A DNA stretch of 64,000 nucleotides from Gemmatimonadaceae bacterium (GTDB lineage: Bacteria; Latescibacterota; UBA2968; UBA8231): NCBI GenBank assembly GCA_026706075.1, contig JAPOZM010000040.1:72723-136722 (forward strand), written 5' to 3'. The notes under the pieces were generated by a model that worked only from the letters and a program-made list of their open reading frames with translations, searched no databases and was not told where the DNA came from. The position numbers and the translations under genes are program-made. Shown piece by piece: positions 46,443 to 55,381 of this stretch; the first letter of the stretch is position 1; each line of letters starts with the position of its first letter.

Positions 46443-47402
46443 CTACCCGTAGACGAAGAGCACGCCCAGGGCCGAGCCGAGGTCGTCGACGAGCAGGTCG
46501 AAGGCCTGCTTCGCCTCCTGCAGGGGGAAGCGGTGGGTGATCATGTCGCCGGTGGCCAGGTGGCCCTCCGCCAGGAAGCGCGCCGCGTCCCGGCTGTACT
46601 CGCCCCGGGGCTTGTCGCTGCGGATGCCGCCGACCACGAGCTTGCCCATGACGCGCCCGGCGTCGAGGGGGAGGGGCTGGCGGTGGTAGAGGCCGACGAG
46701 CTGGATCACGCCGCCGTCGGCGCACATCTCCTGGGCCTGGGCGAAGGACCGGACCCCGGCGCCGCCGCCGACGCAGTCGATGACCACCTGCGCCCCCCCG
46801 GGGCAGAGCTGCCTGACGGCGGCCACCGGGTCCTCGCGGGAGCAGTCGACCACGTCGTCGGCGAAGCGGGCGGCGAGCCGGCAGCGGCGCTCCAGTCCGT
46901 CCACGGCGACCAGGCGGCCCGTCTGCCGCTGGCGCACCACCTGCAGCAGGATGCTGCCCACCAGCCCCTGGCCGAGGATGACGACGTCGTCCCGAGGGCC
47001 GATCATGGCGCTGTCGGCCCAGGCGAGGCTGCTCGTGGTCAGGGGCAGGAAGGTGGCGGCCTCGAAGCCGACCTCGTCGGGCAGGGGCACGACCCGGGGC
47101 CGCGAGGCCTCACCGATGGCGTACTCGGCGTGGGGGGCGGAGACGACGACCCGGTCCCCGGGGCGGGGATCGTCCACCCCGGGTCCCGCCTCGGCCACGA
47201 CGCCGGCGGCGGAGTAGCCCATGCGCGACGGGTCGACGGCGGTCTCGCTCAGGTAGCGGCCGCCGATCTCGGAGCCGCGGCTGATCAGGGAGGCCTCCAG
47301 GCGCACGAGGACCTCGCCCTCCCCGGGCCGGGGGACCTCGACGCGCTCGACGACGACGTTGCCGACGCCGTCGTGCTTGGCGGCTCGCAGCATGGTGGCC
47401 AT
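46443..47402 (-). CDS. Zinc-binding alcohol dehydrogenase (MDR) family protein (start 47402 or 47393)
   Basis: SLISRGSE, GYSAAGVV, VILGQGLVG, VIDCVG and ITHRFPL. Confidence 0.85.
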   Translation of the reverse strand: MATMLRAAKHDGVGNVVVERVEVPRPGEGEVLVRLEASLISRGSEIGGRYLSETAVDPSRMGYSAAGVVAEAGPGVDDPRPGDRVVVSAPHAEYAIGEASRPRVVPLPDEVGFEAATFLPLTTSSLAWADSAMIGPRDDVVILGQGLVGSILLQVVRQRQTGRLVAVDGLERRCRLAARFADDVVDCSREDPVAAVRQLCPGGAQVVIDCVGGGAGVRSFAQAQEMCADGGVIQLVGLYHRQPLPLDAGRVMGKLVVGGIRSDKPRGEYSRDAARFLAEGHLATGDMITHRFPLQEAKQAFDLLVDDLGSALGVLFVYG

Positions 47403-47499
47403 GGTGGTCAAAGGTAGGGTGGGAAGAGGCGCGGCGGCCACCCGCGGGACCCGGGGGGGGGGCTGGCGCCGACCGGGAGCGCGGACGAGTCTTTGCGGC

Positions 47500-48261
47500 A
47501 TGAAGGTCCTGATCACCGGCATGAGCGGCCTCATCGGCGGCGCCGTGCGGCGGCAGCTGGAGGGCCGCTTCGAGCTGTCGGCCCTGAACCGCCGCCCCGT
47601 GGAGGGGATCCCCTGCCACCGGGCGGACATCGCCGACCTCGACGCCATTCGTCCCGCCTTCGAAAGCGTGGACGCGGTCGTCCACCTGGCGGCGGCGATC
47701 CGCGGCGACTGGGAGACCCTGCTGCGCAACAACGTGGTCGGGACCCACAACGTGCTGGAGGCGTCGCATCAGGCCGGCGTGTCCCGCGTGGTCTACGCCA
47801 GCAGCGGATCGGTGGTCTCGGGCTGGGAGCAGGAGGAGCCGTACAAGAGCCTGGTCTCGGGGGAGGCCGCCGCCGTCCCCGCCTCCTGGGAGATGCTCAC
47901 CCACGAGACCCCGCTGCGGCCGGTGGGCCTCTACGGCTGCACCAAGGCCTGGGGCGAGGCCCTGGCGCGGCACTACTCGGACTCCACCGGGCTCTCGGTG
48001 ATCTGCCTGCGCATCGGCGCCGTCCGCCCCGAGGACCGGCCCCTGGAGCGGCGGGACGAGTCCGTGTACTGCAGCCAGGCCAACGTGGCGCTCCTCGTGG
48101 AGCGCTGCGTCACGGCGCCGGCGGAGGTCCGCTTCGACGTGTTCTACGCGGTCTCCGACAACCGGCTCAGCTACCGCGACACCGAGCACTCCCGCCGGGT
48201 GCTGGGGCACGAGCCGCTGGGCTCGGCCGATTGCCCGGATTCCGGCCGGCCCCTACCGTAG
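47500..48261 (+). CDS. NAD(P)-dependent oxidoreductase (uronate dehydrogenase-like SDR)
   Basis: MKVLITGMSGLIG, VVHLAA, RVVYASS, YGCTK and ICLRIG. Confidence 0.85.
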   Translation: MKVLITGMSGLIGGAVRRQLEGRFELSALNRRPVEGIPCHRADIADLDAIRPAFESVDAVVHLAAAIRGDWETLLRNNVVGTHNVLEASHQAGVSRVVYASSGSVVSGWEQEEPYKSLVSGEAAAVPASWEMLTHETPLRPVGLYGCTKAWGEALARHYSDSTGLSVICLRIGAVRPEDRPLERRDESVYCSQANVALLVERCVTAPAEVRFDVFYAVSDNRLSYRDTEHSRRVLGHEPLGSADCPDSGRPLP

Positions 48262-48281
48262 AGACAAAGGAAGGAGAGAGG

Positions 48282-48509
48282 ATGATCGACAAGATCGAGA
48301 TCCAGTACTGCAGTTCCTGAGGCTACGAACCCCAGGCCGTCGGTCTGACGGCCGCGATCCTCAAGGAGAAGAAGCTCGACCTCGGCCAGCTGGTGCTTCT
48401 GCCCTCCCACGGCGGGCGCTTCGAGGTCACCGCCGACGGCGAGCTGATCTTCTCCAAGCTCGCCGAGGGGCGTTTCCCCGAGGAGAAGGAGATCCTCGAG
48501 AAGATCTAG
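48282..48509 (+). CDS. SelT/SelW/SelH (Rdx) family selenoprotein, CxxU motif
   Basis: AAGGAG RBS; MIDKIEIQYCSS-TGA(48318-48320)-GYEPQAVGLT...LLPSHGGRFEVTADGELIFSKLAEGRFPEEKEILEKI-TAG. Classic Rdx motifs continue past the UGA. Confidence 0.93.
48335..48353 (+). promoter_or_regulatory. Bacterial SECIS element of the SelW-like gene
   Basis: Perfect 7-bp stem GGCCGTC/GACGGCC with loop GGTCT, beginning 14 nt after the UGA. The loop resembles the apical GGUCU of the E. coli fdhF SECIS. Confidence 0.75.
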
Positions 48510-48533
48510 CTTCGGGGTGATCCGCAGATGGAA

Positions 48534-48578
48534 ACCCGCCCGCGGTCCGGTGCATGCTCGCCGGTTCCGCGGGCGGGT
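48534..48578. terminator. Hairpin / probable bidirectional terminator between convergent genes
   Basis: 12-bp inverted repeat ACCCGCCCGCGG...CCGCGGGCGGGT followed by ATTTCTGTT. Confidence 0.6.
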
Positions 48579-48595
48579 ATTTCTGTTCTGGCGGG

Positions 48596-48832
48596 TTACA
48601 GCAGCTTGACCAGCGCAACCGCGACGACGGCAACGACCAGCATGCCACCCATCATGCCCCCCAGCCGAATGATCAGCCGCTGTTCCAGGCGTTCCAGGTC
48701 GTCCTTGGTCGCCAGCCGCTCGTCGATGAGCCTGGCCTGTTCGTCGGCCAGCGCTTCGGCCTGTTCCTCGGGCATCCCGACGCCTGTCAGGCGCTTCACG
48801 AAGGCGTGCGTATCGAACACGATGCTGGCCAT
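48596..48832 (-). CDS. DUF1640/CCDC90-like small coiled-coil membrane-anchored protein
   Basis: FDTHAFVKRL...GM.EEQAEAL...LATKDDL..LEQRL followed by a C-terminal TM helix. Confidence 0.8.
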   Translation of the reverse strand: MASIVFDTHAFVKRLTGVGMPEEQAEALADEQARLIDERLATKDDLERLEQRLIIRLGGMMGGMLVVAVVAVALVKLL

Positions 48833-48877
48833 GGTTTCAACGGTAGCGTCGGCGCAAGGAGGCGGACGGGTCGGTTG

Positions 48878-48973
48878 TGGCGGGAATGTGTGGGAATCGA
48901 ACCCACCCGGCGCGGAGACCGCACCGCAACGGATTTGAAGTCCGCGAGGGCCACCAGAGCCCCAGCCATTCCC
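48878..48973 (-). tRNA. selC: tRNA-Sec (anticodon TCA)
   Basis: GGGAATGG-CT-GGGGCTCTGGTGGCCCT-C-GCGGA-CTTCAAA-TCCGT-long variable arm-GTGGG-TTCGATT-CCCAC-ACATTCCC-G-CCA; 96 nt; directly downstream of selB. Confidence 0.95.
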
Positions 48974-48989
48974 TTCCGACGGTCTCCAG

Positions 48990-50930
48990 TCAATCTCCGG
49001 CGGCGTTTCCGCGGCTGTCAACCGCGCCGGGGACGAGGCGGCGGAGGGCGTCTTCCCGCTGGGTCAGGCCCTTGCCGTCGAAGTAGTTGAGCAGGGGCAG
49101 GGCGAAGCGGCGGGTGGTGTCCACCAGCTCGCGAAAGCCGGCCACCTCGATCTGCCCGTGCTCCCGCAGATAGGCGACGAGGTCCGACTCGATCCGCTCC
49201 AGCACGGCGGCGTCGAAGAGGAGGCCGTCCAGCCGCGCCAGCTCACCGCGCTCCTGCATCACGGCGACCACGGCTTCCACCTCCGCCGCGGGCCGGCCCA
49301 GGCTCCCGGACAGCTCCCCCTCGTCCGGCGGCCGGGCGCCGCCGTCCCGCAGGGCCGCGGCGATCTCCTGCCGTAGCCCCTCCTGCTCAGCCGTCAGCTC
49401 GACCCGGTGGCCGGGCAGGGACAGCCGCCCCGCCTCCAGGCGCACCTGCCCGTCCGCGGCCAGGGACTCCGCCGCCGCCTGGAAGACGGCCGCCTCGTGG
49501 CCGCCCCCGATGCGCCGGCCCAGCTCCTCCCGGGAGACGGCCGGCTGCAGGGGCTGCTCCTCGTGGAACCCGGCCAGCGCCGCCAGGATCTCCCCGCCCA
49601 GCCGCTCCCAGGCGCCAGCGTGCACGAAGCGCCGCCGGCCCGCCTGCTCGAAGTCGACGCAGGCGCCCCGGTCGCGCAGCTCCCCCAGCCTCGCTTCCAC
49701 CTCGGCGACGCTCCTCCCCAGAACGGGGGCGAGGTCCGCCGCCGAGTTGCTGCCGGCGCCGGCGTCGAACAGCAGGGCCTCCAGGACCGCCCCCGGATCC
49801 TCGGCCTGCAGGCGCCGCAGCTGCTCCAGCACCTCTGGGCGCCGCCGGCGGTGCGGACGGGGCCGGGGATGGAGGACCGAGCCCCCGGCCATGGTCCGCG
49901 CCGGCGAGTAGCGGCGGGCCACGAAGCGGTCCCCGTGGGCGGCCACCCCCGGCCTCTCCAGCCGGAGCTGCACGAAGCCGCTCTCGCCGGGGGCGAGGGC
50001 GTCGGCGTCGAGCAGCACCACCCGCCCGAGGACCTCCCCCGGCCCCAGGTGGAGGCGCAGGCGGTCCCGGTGCTTGAGGACGGCCGGGGCGTCGGGGAGC
50101 ATCCGCAGGTGGGCGTCGATCAGGCTCGTGGCCTCGAAGAACCCGGGCTCGGCCAGGGTGTCGCCGCGGGCCACGTCCGCGACGTTCAGATCTGAAAAGT
50201 TCACGGCGGCGCGGTCCCCGGGGCCCGCCGCGGCCACGTCGGCGCCGTGGATCTGCACCCCCCGCACACGCACCGGACGGCCCCGGGGCTGCAGAACCAG
50301 CTCGTCCCTGGGCCGCACCGACCCGGCCAGGACCGTCCCGGTCACCACCGTGCCGAAGCCGCTCATGGAGAAGGCGCGGTCCACGGGCAGGCGCAGGGCG
50401 CCGCGGTCGGGGCGTTCCCCGACGGCGGCGATGCGCGCCTCCAGCAGCTCCCGCAGGCCGTCGATCCCCTCGCCGGTCACCGAGGAGACGGGAACGATCT
50501 CGGCCGTCTCGAGGAAGGTCCCGGCGAGCAGCTCGCGCAGGTCCTCGACGACCATCTCCACCCACTCCGGCTCGACCAGGTCGGTCTTGGTGAGGGCCAC
50601 GATCCCGTCGCTCACCCCGAGGAGGCGGAGGATGGCCAGGTGCTCCCGCGTCTGGGGCATGACGCCGTCGTCGGCGGCGACCACGAAGAGGGCCAGGTCG
50701 ACGGAGCTGACGCCGGCCACCGCGTTCTTGACGAAGCGCTCGTGGCCGGGCACGTCGAGGAGGGTGACGCCCTCCTTCCAGTAGGCGAAGCCCACATCGA
50801 TGGTCAGACCCCGGGCCCGCTCCTGCGGGTGGGTGTCGGTCTCGATGCCGGTGAGGGCCTTCACCAGGGCGGTCTTGCCGTGGTCGATGTGGCCCGCCGT
50901 GCCGATGATGACGTGGCGGCCGGGGGTCAC
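48990..50930 (-). CDS. selB: Selenocysteine-specific translation elongation factor
   Basis: IIGTAGHIDHGKT, RGLTIDVGF, DVPGHERFV, DDGVMPQTREH, VDRAFSMSGFGTVVTGT and C-terminal winged helices (TRRFALPLLNYFD). Confidence 0.96.
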   Translation of the reverse strand: MTPGRHVIIGTAGHIDHGKTALVKALTGIETDTHPQERARGLTIDVGFAYWKEGVTLLDVPGHERFVKNAVAGVSSVDLALFVVAADDGVMPQTREHLAILRLLGVSDGIVALTKTDLVEPEWVEMVVEDLRELLAGTFLETAEIVPVSSVTGEGIDGLRELLEARIAAVGERPDRGALRLPVDRAFSMSGFGTVVTGTVLAGSVRPRDELVLQPRGRPVRVRGVQIHGADVAAAGPGDRAAVNFSDLNVADVARGDTLAEPGFFEATSLIDAHLRMLPDAPAVLKHRDRLRLHLGPGEVLGRVVLLDADALAPGESGFVQLRLERPGVAAHGDRFVARRYSPARTMAGGSVLHPRPRPHRRRRPEVLEQLRRLQAEDPGAVLEALLFDAGAGSNSAADLAPVLGRSVAEVEARLGELRDRGACVDFEQAGRRRFVHAGAWERLGGEILAALAGFHEEQPLQPAVSREELGRRIGGGHEAAVFQAAAESLAADGQVRLEAGRLSLPGHRVELTAEQEGLRQEIAAALRDGGARPPDEGELSGSLGRPAAEVEAVVAVMQERGELARLDGLLFDAAVLERIESDLVAYLREHGQIEVAGFRELVDTTRRFALPLLNYFDGKGLTQREDALRRLVPGAVDSRGNAAGD

Positions 50931-52336
50931 GGCGGGACCGAGGCCCGGCGCAGGGCCACCTCGAGGACGGCGATCTCGGCGGCGGCCACCGTGCGCAGGT
51001 CGAGGTGCAGGCGGTCGCCGCGCACGTACCCGAGGACGGGCGGGTCGTGCCGCCGCAGGCGCGCCGCCAGCTCCTCCACCGGAAGGGCCGGCGGCCACAC
51101 GGCGAGGGCGGCGCTCGGGATCTCCTCCAGGGGCAGGGAGCCGCTGCCGGCCTGGGCCCGCGAGTCGATCACCTCGATGAGCCAGCCCGCCTCCCGGAGA
51201 TCGGCCAGCCGGCCGCGCAGGCGGCCGCCGCGGCGCTTCAGGGTCGCCACCGGCACGGTGAGCCGGCTCAGCACCGGGTGCTCGGCCAGCAGCCGCGAGC
51301 GGTCGAGGTAGAGGCGCAGGGTCGCCTCGAGGGCCGCGTAGGTCAGCTTGCCGCAGCGCAGGGCCCGCATCAGCGGGTTGGTGCGGATGCGGTCGACGCT
51401 CTCCCGGCGGCCGACGATCAGCCCGGCCTGGGGCCCGCCGAGGACCTTGTCGCCGCTGAAGGTGACCACGTCGGCGCCGGCGGCGACGCTGTCGGCCACC
51501 AGCGGCTCGGCGGGAAGGCCGAGCTCGGCCAGGTCGACGAGGGCGCCGCCGCCGAGGTCCCGCGCCACCGGCAGGCCCTGCCGGCGGCCGAGGGCGGCCA
51601 GCTCCTCCAGGGGCACGGAGGCGGTGAACCCGAGGACGCGGAAGTTGCTGGTATGGGCGTCGAGGAGCAGCCCCGTGCGCTCGGAGATCGCCGCGTCGTA
51701 GTCGGACAGGTGGGTGCGGTTGGTGGTCCCCACCTCCACGGGGACGGCGCCGCTGCGCTCCATGACGTCGGGCAGGCGGAAGGAGCCGCCGATCTCGATC
51801 AGCTGGCCCCGGGAGACCACGACCTCGCGGCCCAGGGCCAGGCTGTTGAGGGTGATCAGCACCGCGGCGGCGTTGTTGTTGACCACGGCCGCAGCCTCGG
51901 CGCCGGTCAGCTCGCAGAGCAGCTCCTCGACGATGCGGTGGCGGCTGCCGCGCCCGCCCGTCTCCAGGTCGATCTCCAGGCCGCAGTACCCGGCGGCGGT
52001 CTCGGCGATGCGGCGGACGGCTCCGGGGGCCAGGGGGGCGCGGCCGAGGTTGGTGTGCAGGACGATGCCGGTGGCGTTGACCACCGCCCCGAGGCGGGGG
52101 GCGAGCTTGCGGTCGAGGCCCTCACGGACTCCTGCCACGGCGAGCTCGATCAGCTTCGGCCGGTCCGCGGGGGCGCGCCCCTCCAGCAGGTCCTCGCGCA
52201 GGGCGGCGAGAGCGTCTCGCACCAGGCCGGTCAGGACGCGGGGGTCGCAGCGGTCCGCAAGCCCGGAGACCCCGGGGTCGTCGAGGACGCGGTCCACCGG
52301 TGGCAGGGCGGACAGGGCTGTCTTGGAGGAGGTCAC
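50927..52336 (-). CDS. selA: L-seryl-tRNA(Sec) selenium transferase
   Basis: NATGIVLHTNLGRAPL, VVNNNAAAV, SRGQLIEIGGSFRLPDVM, EVGTTNRT and FSGDKVLGGPQAG. Confidence 0.97.
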   Translation of the reverse strand: MTSSKTALSALPPVDRVLDDPGVSGLADRCDPRVLTGLVRDALAALREDLLEGRAPADRPKLIELAVAGVREGLDRKLAPRLGAVVNATGIVLHTNLGRAPLAPGAVRRIAETAAGYCGLEIDLETGGRGSRHRIVEELLCELTGAEAAAVVNNNAAAVLITLNSLALGREVVVSRGQLIEIGGSFRLPDVMERSGAVPVEVGTTNRTHLSDYDAAISERTGLLLDAHTSNFRVLGFTASVPLEELAALGRRQGLPVARDLGGGALVDLAELGLPAEPLVADSVAAGADVVTFSGDKVLGGPQAGLIVGRRESVDRIRTNPLMRALRCGKLTYAALEATLRLYLDRSRLLAEHPVLSRLTVPVATLKRRGGRLRGRLADLREAGWLIEVIDSRAQAGSGSLPLEEIPSAALAVWPPALPVEELAARLRRHDPPVLGYVRGDRLHLDLRTVAAAEIAVLEVALRRASVPP

Positions 52337-52572
52337 GGGGAGAGTAGGCCGGCAGGTCCCGGGGCCGGGGGAGCCCGGCGCCCGGGGCGAGGATACTCGA
52401 CGCCCCGTCGGGCGGCAAGCCCGGAGAGGGTTGCCGCCGTCGCGGTCCTCGACGAACCGCGGCAGCCTGTCGAGCGGCCTGGCCGCTGGAAGTCTGGCTC
52501 CCCTTGTGCGCGGCGCCTCCGGGCCTCTGTCTTTCCTCTACCAACGACGCCCCCCACCCGAGGAGGACAGCC

Positions 52573-54249
52573 ATGGCCGACGCGGGGCGCCGACCGAAGG
52601 TGCTTCCCGCCGCGCTCGTCGCCATCCTGCTGTGCCTGTGTGCCTGCGGATCGACGAATACCGAGGCGCCCGTGCAGCCGGACCGCGAGGCTGGCGAGGT
52701 GACCTTCGCCGACACGGGGTTGACGACGGCGGTCGCCCGGGCCCTGGTCGTCGAGGACCGGGCCTTCAGCCATGACGCGCTGGCGGTCCTGACCGTGCTC
52801 AACGCGAGCGGCCACGGCATCGAACGACTCGACGGGATCGATGCCTTGGGCCATCTCGAGCGGCTGACCCTCGCCGACAACCGCATCCGGGAGATCGCCC
52901 CCCTTACCGCCCTGACCCGGCTGACATGGCTGGATCTGAGAAACAACCGCGTCCGCGATCTGTCACCCCTGAAGGACCTGCAGGACCTGCGGTACCTGGA
53001 TGTCTCTCTCAACGATGTCGTCAGCATCGAGCCACTGAGTGGGCTGGGCCACCTGCGGACACTCATCCTGTCCCACAATCCCACGGCCGACCTGACACCG
53101 TTGTTGGCGTTCGAGGCGATGGACTACGTCGAGCTGGCCGAAGCTCAGTTGTCCACCGAGGACGAAGCTCTGCTGAGTCGACTCCAGGAGAGGGGTGTAG
53201 AGGTCTTCCTGCGGCGTGAGGCTCCCGATGAGGATGTGCCCGAGCCGTCCGAGATCGGCAGGATCATCCAGACGAAGATCGCTTTCGTGGCCAACCTCGA
53301 CAGCACCGGCTGGTTCGACATCTACGTGCTGGACTCGACGGGGCGTATCCGCCGGCTGACCCATGACGAAGGGGAAGAGGGGAGGTCTCGCCGGTCCCCC
53401 CTCTCCTGGTCCCCGGACGGGACGAGGATCGCTTTCGACCGGGACGGGGATCTGTTCACCATCGACGTGGAGAGCGGGGAAGAGACCCGGCTCACACGAA
53501 CCCAGGGGCCGGAAGGGGACCCGACCTGGTCACCCGACGGCCACAGGATCGCCTACGTGGGGTTTAGTCCGACCGAGATCGAGGTCCCCAGGATAGAAGT
53601 CGGCGGCCTGATAGCCGGCGGCTTTCCCATCCATCCCTATGAGCTCTTTGTCATGGACGCCGATGGCGGTAACCGGAGGCAGGTGACCGAGGACATACTT
53701 GCAGAGCGGTCCGTGGAGTGGTCGGCTTACGACCGGCTCGTCTACTGCGTGGGCATTGGATGGCATCCCTATCCCAGGGAGAGGATCGGTGTGCACGAGA
53801 TCAGCCTGGATGGCGGGACGGCGCGGATGATCACCGAGGAGCAGGACATGTCCGGCGGAATCCACGCCTGGGACTACTACGATCCGGCCCTCTCACCCGA
53901 CGGCCAGCGGCTGCTCCTGGTCAGGGAACGGAACATCAATACGTGGGTGGACCCGCCGGTCCTGTCCAAACGCACGGACCTGGTGCTGATCGACATCGCC
54001 ACCGGCGATCAGACGGTCCTTACCGAGGACAGCATCTTCAACGAGGTGCGGACGAGTTTCGTCAGGGCTCCGAGCTGGTCGCCCGATGGCTCCATGATCC
54101 TCTTTGTCGCGGATGGCAATGGATTCTGGGCGGATCTGTACGTGATGGAAGCGGATGGGAGCAACCTGATCCGGGTGATGGACGAGAATCCACGAGACCC
54201 GGCTGGGTGGGCGACGAGATACCTGCGCGCCAGTTGGGCGCCTAGATGA
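52573..54249 (+). CDS. Lipoprotein with internalin-like leucine-rich repeats and TolB-like PD40 beta-propeller
   Basis: AGGAGG RBS; lipobox LCACG; LRR units L..L.L.DN.I..I.PL..LT.L..LDL..N; PD40 units WSPDGTRIAF, PTWSPDGHRIAY and PSWSPDGSMILF. Confidence 0.85.
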   Translation: MADAGRRPKVLPAALVAILLCLCACGSTNTEAPVQPDREAGEVTFADTGLTTAVARALVVEDRAFSHDALAVLTVLNASGHGIERLDGIDALGHLERLTLADNRIREIAPLTALTRLTWLDLRNNRVRDLSPLKDLQDLRYLDVSLNDVVSIEPLSGLGHLRTLILSHNPTADLTPLLAFEAMDYVELAEAQLSTEDEALLSRLQERGVEVFLRREAPDEDVPEPSEIGRIIQTKIAFVANLDSTGWFDIYVLDSTGRIRRLTHDEGEEGRSRRSPLSWSPDGTRIAFDRDGDLFTIDVESGEETRLTRTQGPEGDPTWSPDGHRIAYVGFSPTEIEVPRIEVGGLIAGGFPIHPYELFVMDADGGNRRQVTEDILAERSVEWSAYDRLVYCVGIGWHPYPRERIGVHEISLDGGTARMITEEQDMSGGIHAWDYYDPALSPDGQRLLLVRERNINTWVDPPVLSKRTDLVLIDIATGDQTVLTEDSIFNEVRTSFVRAPSWSPDGSMILFVADGNGFWADLYVMEADGSNLIRVMDENPRDPAGWATRYLRASWAPR

Positions 54250-55348
54250 AGAGCCGCTCGGCGAGGAGGTCGACGATGCGCCCGGCCGCGGCGCCGTCCC
54301 ACAGCTCGGGGACGGCGCCCTTCTTGTAGCTCCCGTCCAGAATCTGATCGGTCTTGCGCTCGATCAGGTCGGCGTCGAGGTCGACCACGGTGGCGGTCCC
54401 CACCTCGACGGTGACCGGCCGCTCGGTGGACGGACGCAGGGTCAGACAGGGGACTCCGAAGACCGTCGACTCTTCCTGCAGGCCGGCCGAGTCCGACAAC
54501 ACGAGGCGCGCCTCCTTCTGCAGGCGCAGCGAATCCAGGTAACCCACCGGCTCGGTGAGGCGCAGGTCCGGCGCCTGGGCCAGCCGCCCCTGCAGCCCGA
54601 AGCTCTCGATGCGGTCGCGGGTGCGCGGATGGACGGGGAAGACCACCGGCAGGCGCCGCTGCACGCGCTCCACGGCGTCCAGGGCCTGCCGCAGGCGGTC
54701 CTCGACGTCGACGTTGAAGTCCCGGTGCAGGGTGAGGTAGGCGTAGCCCCGCGGTTGCAGGCCGAGGTCCTCCAGCGCCGTCGACTCGTCCAGAGAGTTC
54801 AGCGCCCGATGCAGGGAATCCACCATGACGTTTCCCACGAAATGGATGCGCTCCTCGGGGATGCCCTCGGCGCGGAGGTTGTCATCGGCGTCGTGGGAAG
54901 GCGTGAACAGGAAGTCGGAGACGGCGTCGGTGACGATGCGGTTGATCTCCTCCGGCATGCGGCGGTCGCGGCTGCGCAGGCCGGCCTCCACGTGGGCCAC
55001 CGGGACGTGGAGCTTCACCGCCCCGAGGGCGCAGGCCATGGTGCCGGTCACGTCCCCCACGACGACGACGAGATCGGGCTTCTCCTCGATCAGGACCGGG
55101 TCGAAGGCGGCCATGATGCGCCCCGTCTGCACGCCGTGGGTCCCCGAGCCGGCCCCCAGGTGGTGGTCGGGCGCCGGCAGGTCGAGGTCGTCGAAGAACA
55201 CGTCGGAGAGCAGCGCGTCGTAGTGCTGACCGGTGTGGACCAGGCAGGTGTCGAAGAGCTCCGGCCGCTCCCGCATCCGGGCGAGGATGGGCGCCACCTT
55301 CATGAAGTTGGGGCGCGTGCTGACGACGAGGAGGATCTTGCGCTTCAT
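54242..55348 (-). CDS. wecB: UDP-N-acetylglucosamine 2-epimerase (non-hydrolysing)
   Basis: RPNFMKVAP, VHTGQHYD, HVEAGLRS, MPEEINR, DS.GLQEE and TERP.T. Confidence 0.93.
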   Translation of the reverse strand: MKRKILLVVSTRPNFMKVAPILARMRERPELFDTCLVHTGQHYDALLSDVFFDDLDLPAPDHHLGAGSGTHGVQTGRIMAAFDPVLIEEKPDLVVVVGDVTGTMACALGAVKLHVPVAHVEAGLRSRDRRMPEEINRIVTDAVSDFLFTPSHDADDNLRAEGIPEERIHFVGNVMVDSLHRALNSLDESTALEDLGLQPRGYAYLTLHRDFNVDVEDRLRQALDAVERVQRRLPVVFPVHPRTRDRIESFGLQGRLAQAPDLRLTEPVGYLDSLRLQKEARLVLSDSAGLQEESTVFGVPCLTLRPSTERPVTVEVGTATVVDLDADLIERKTDQILDGSYKKGAVPELWDGAAAGRIVDLLAERLFI

Positions 55349-55381
55349 GACACCGACCTCACGCCGGATCGGGCGACGTGG

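Noticed and set aside
43594-46725. Long Arg/Pro/Gly-rich N-terminal extensions in the ORF track (also 6638-8896, 13847-15850, 34593-37454, 55382-56965 and 56934-58832)
   Set aside because: They overlap upstream genes in another frame. The real starts are downstream at RBS-supported or stop-overlapping codons, so these are not fusions or frameshifts.
48878-48900. Prophage or genomic island integrated at selC
   Set aside because: No integrase and no duplicated tRNA 3' end seen in the window.
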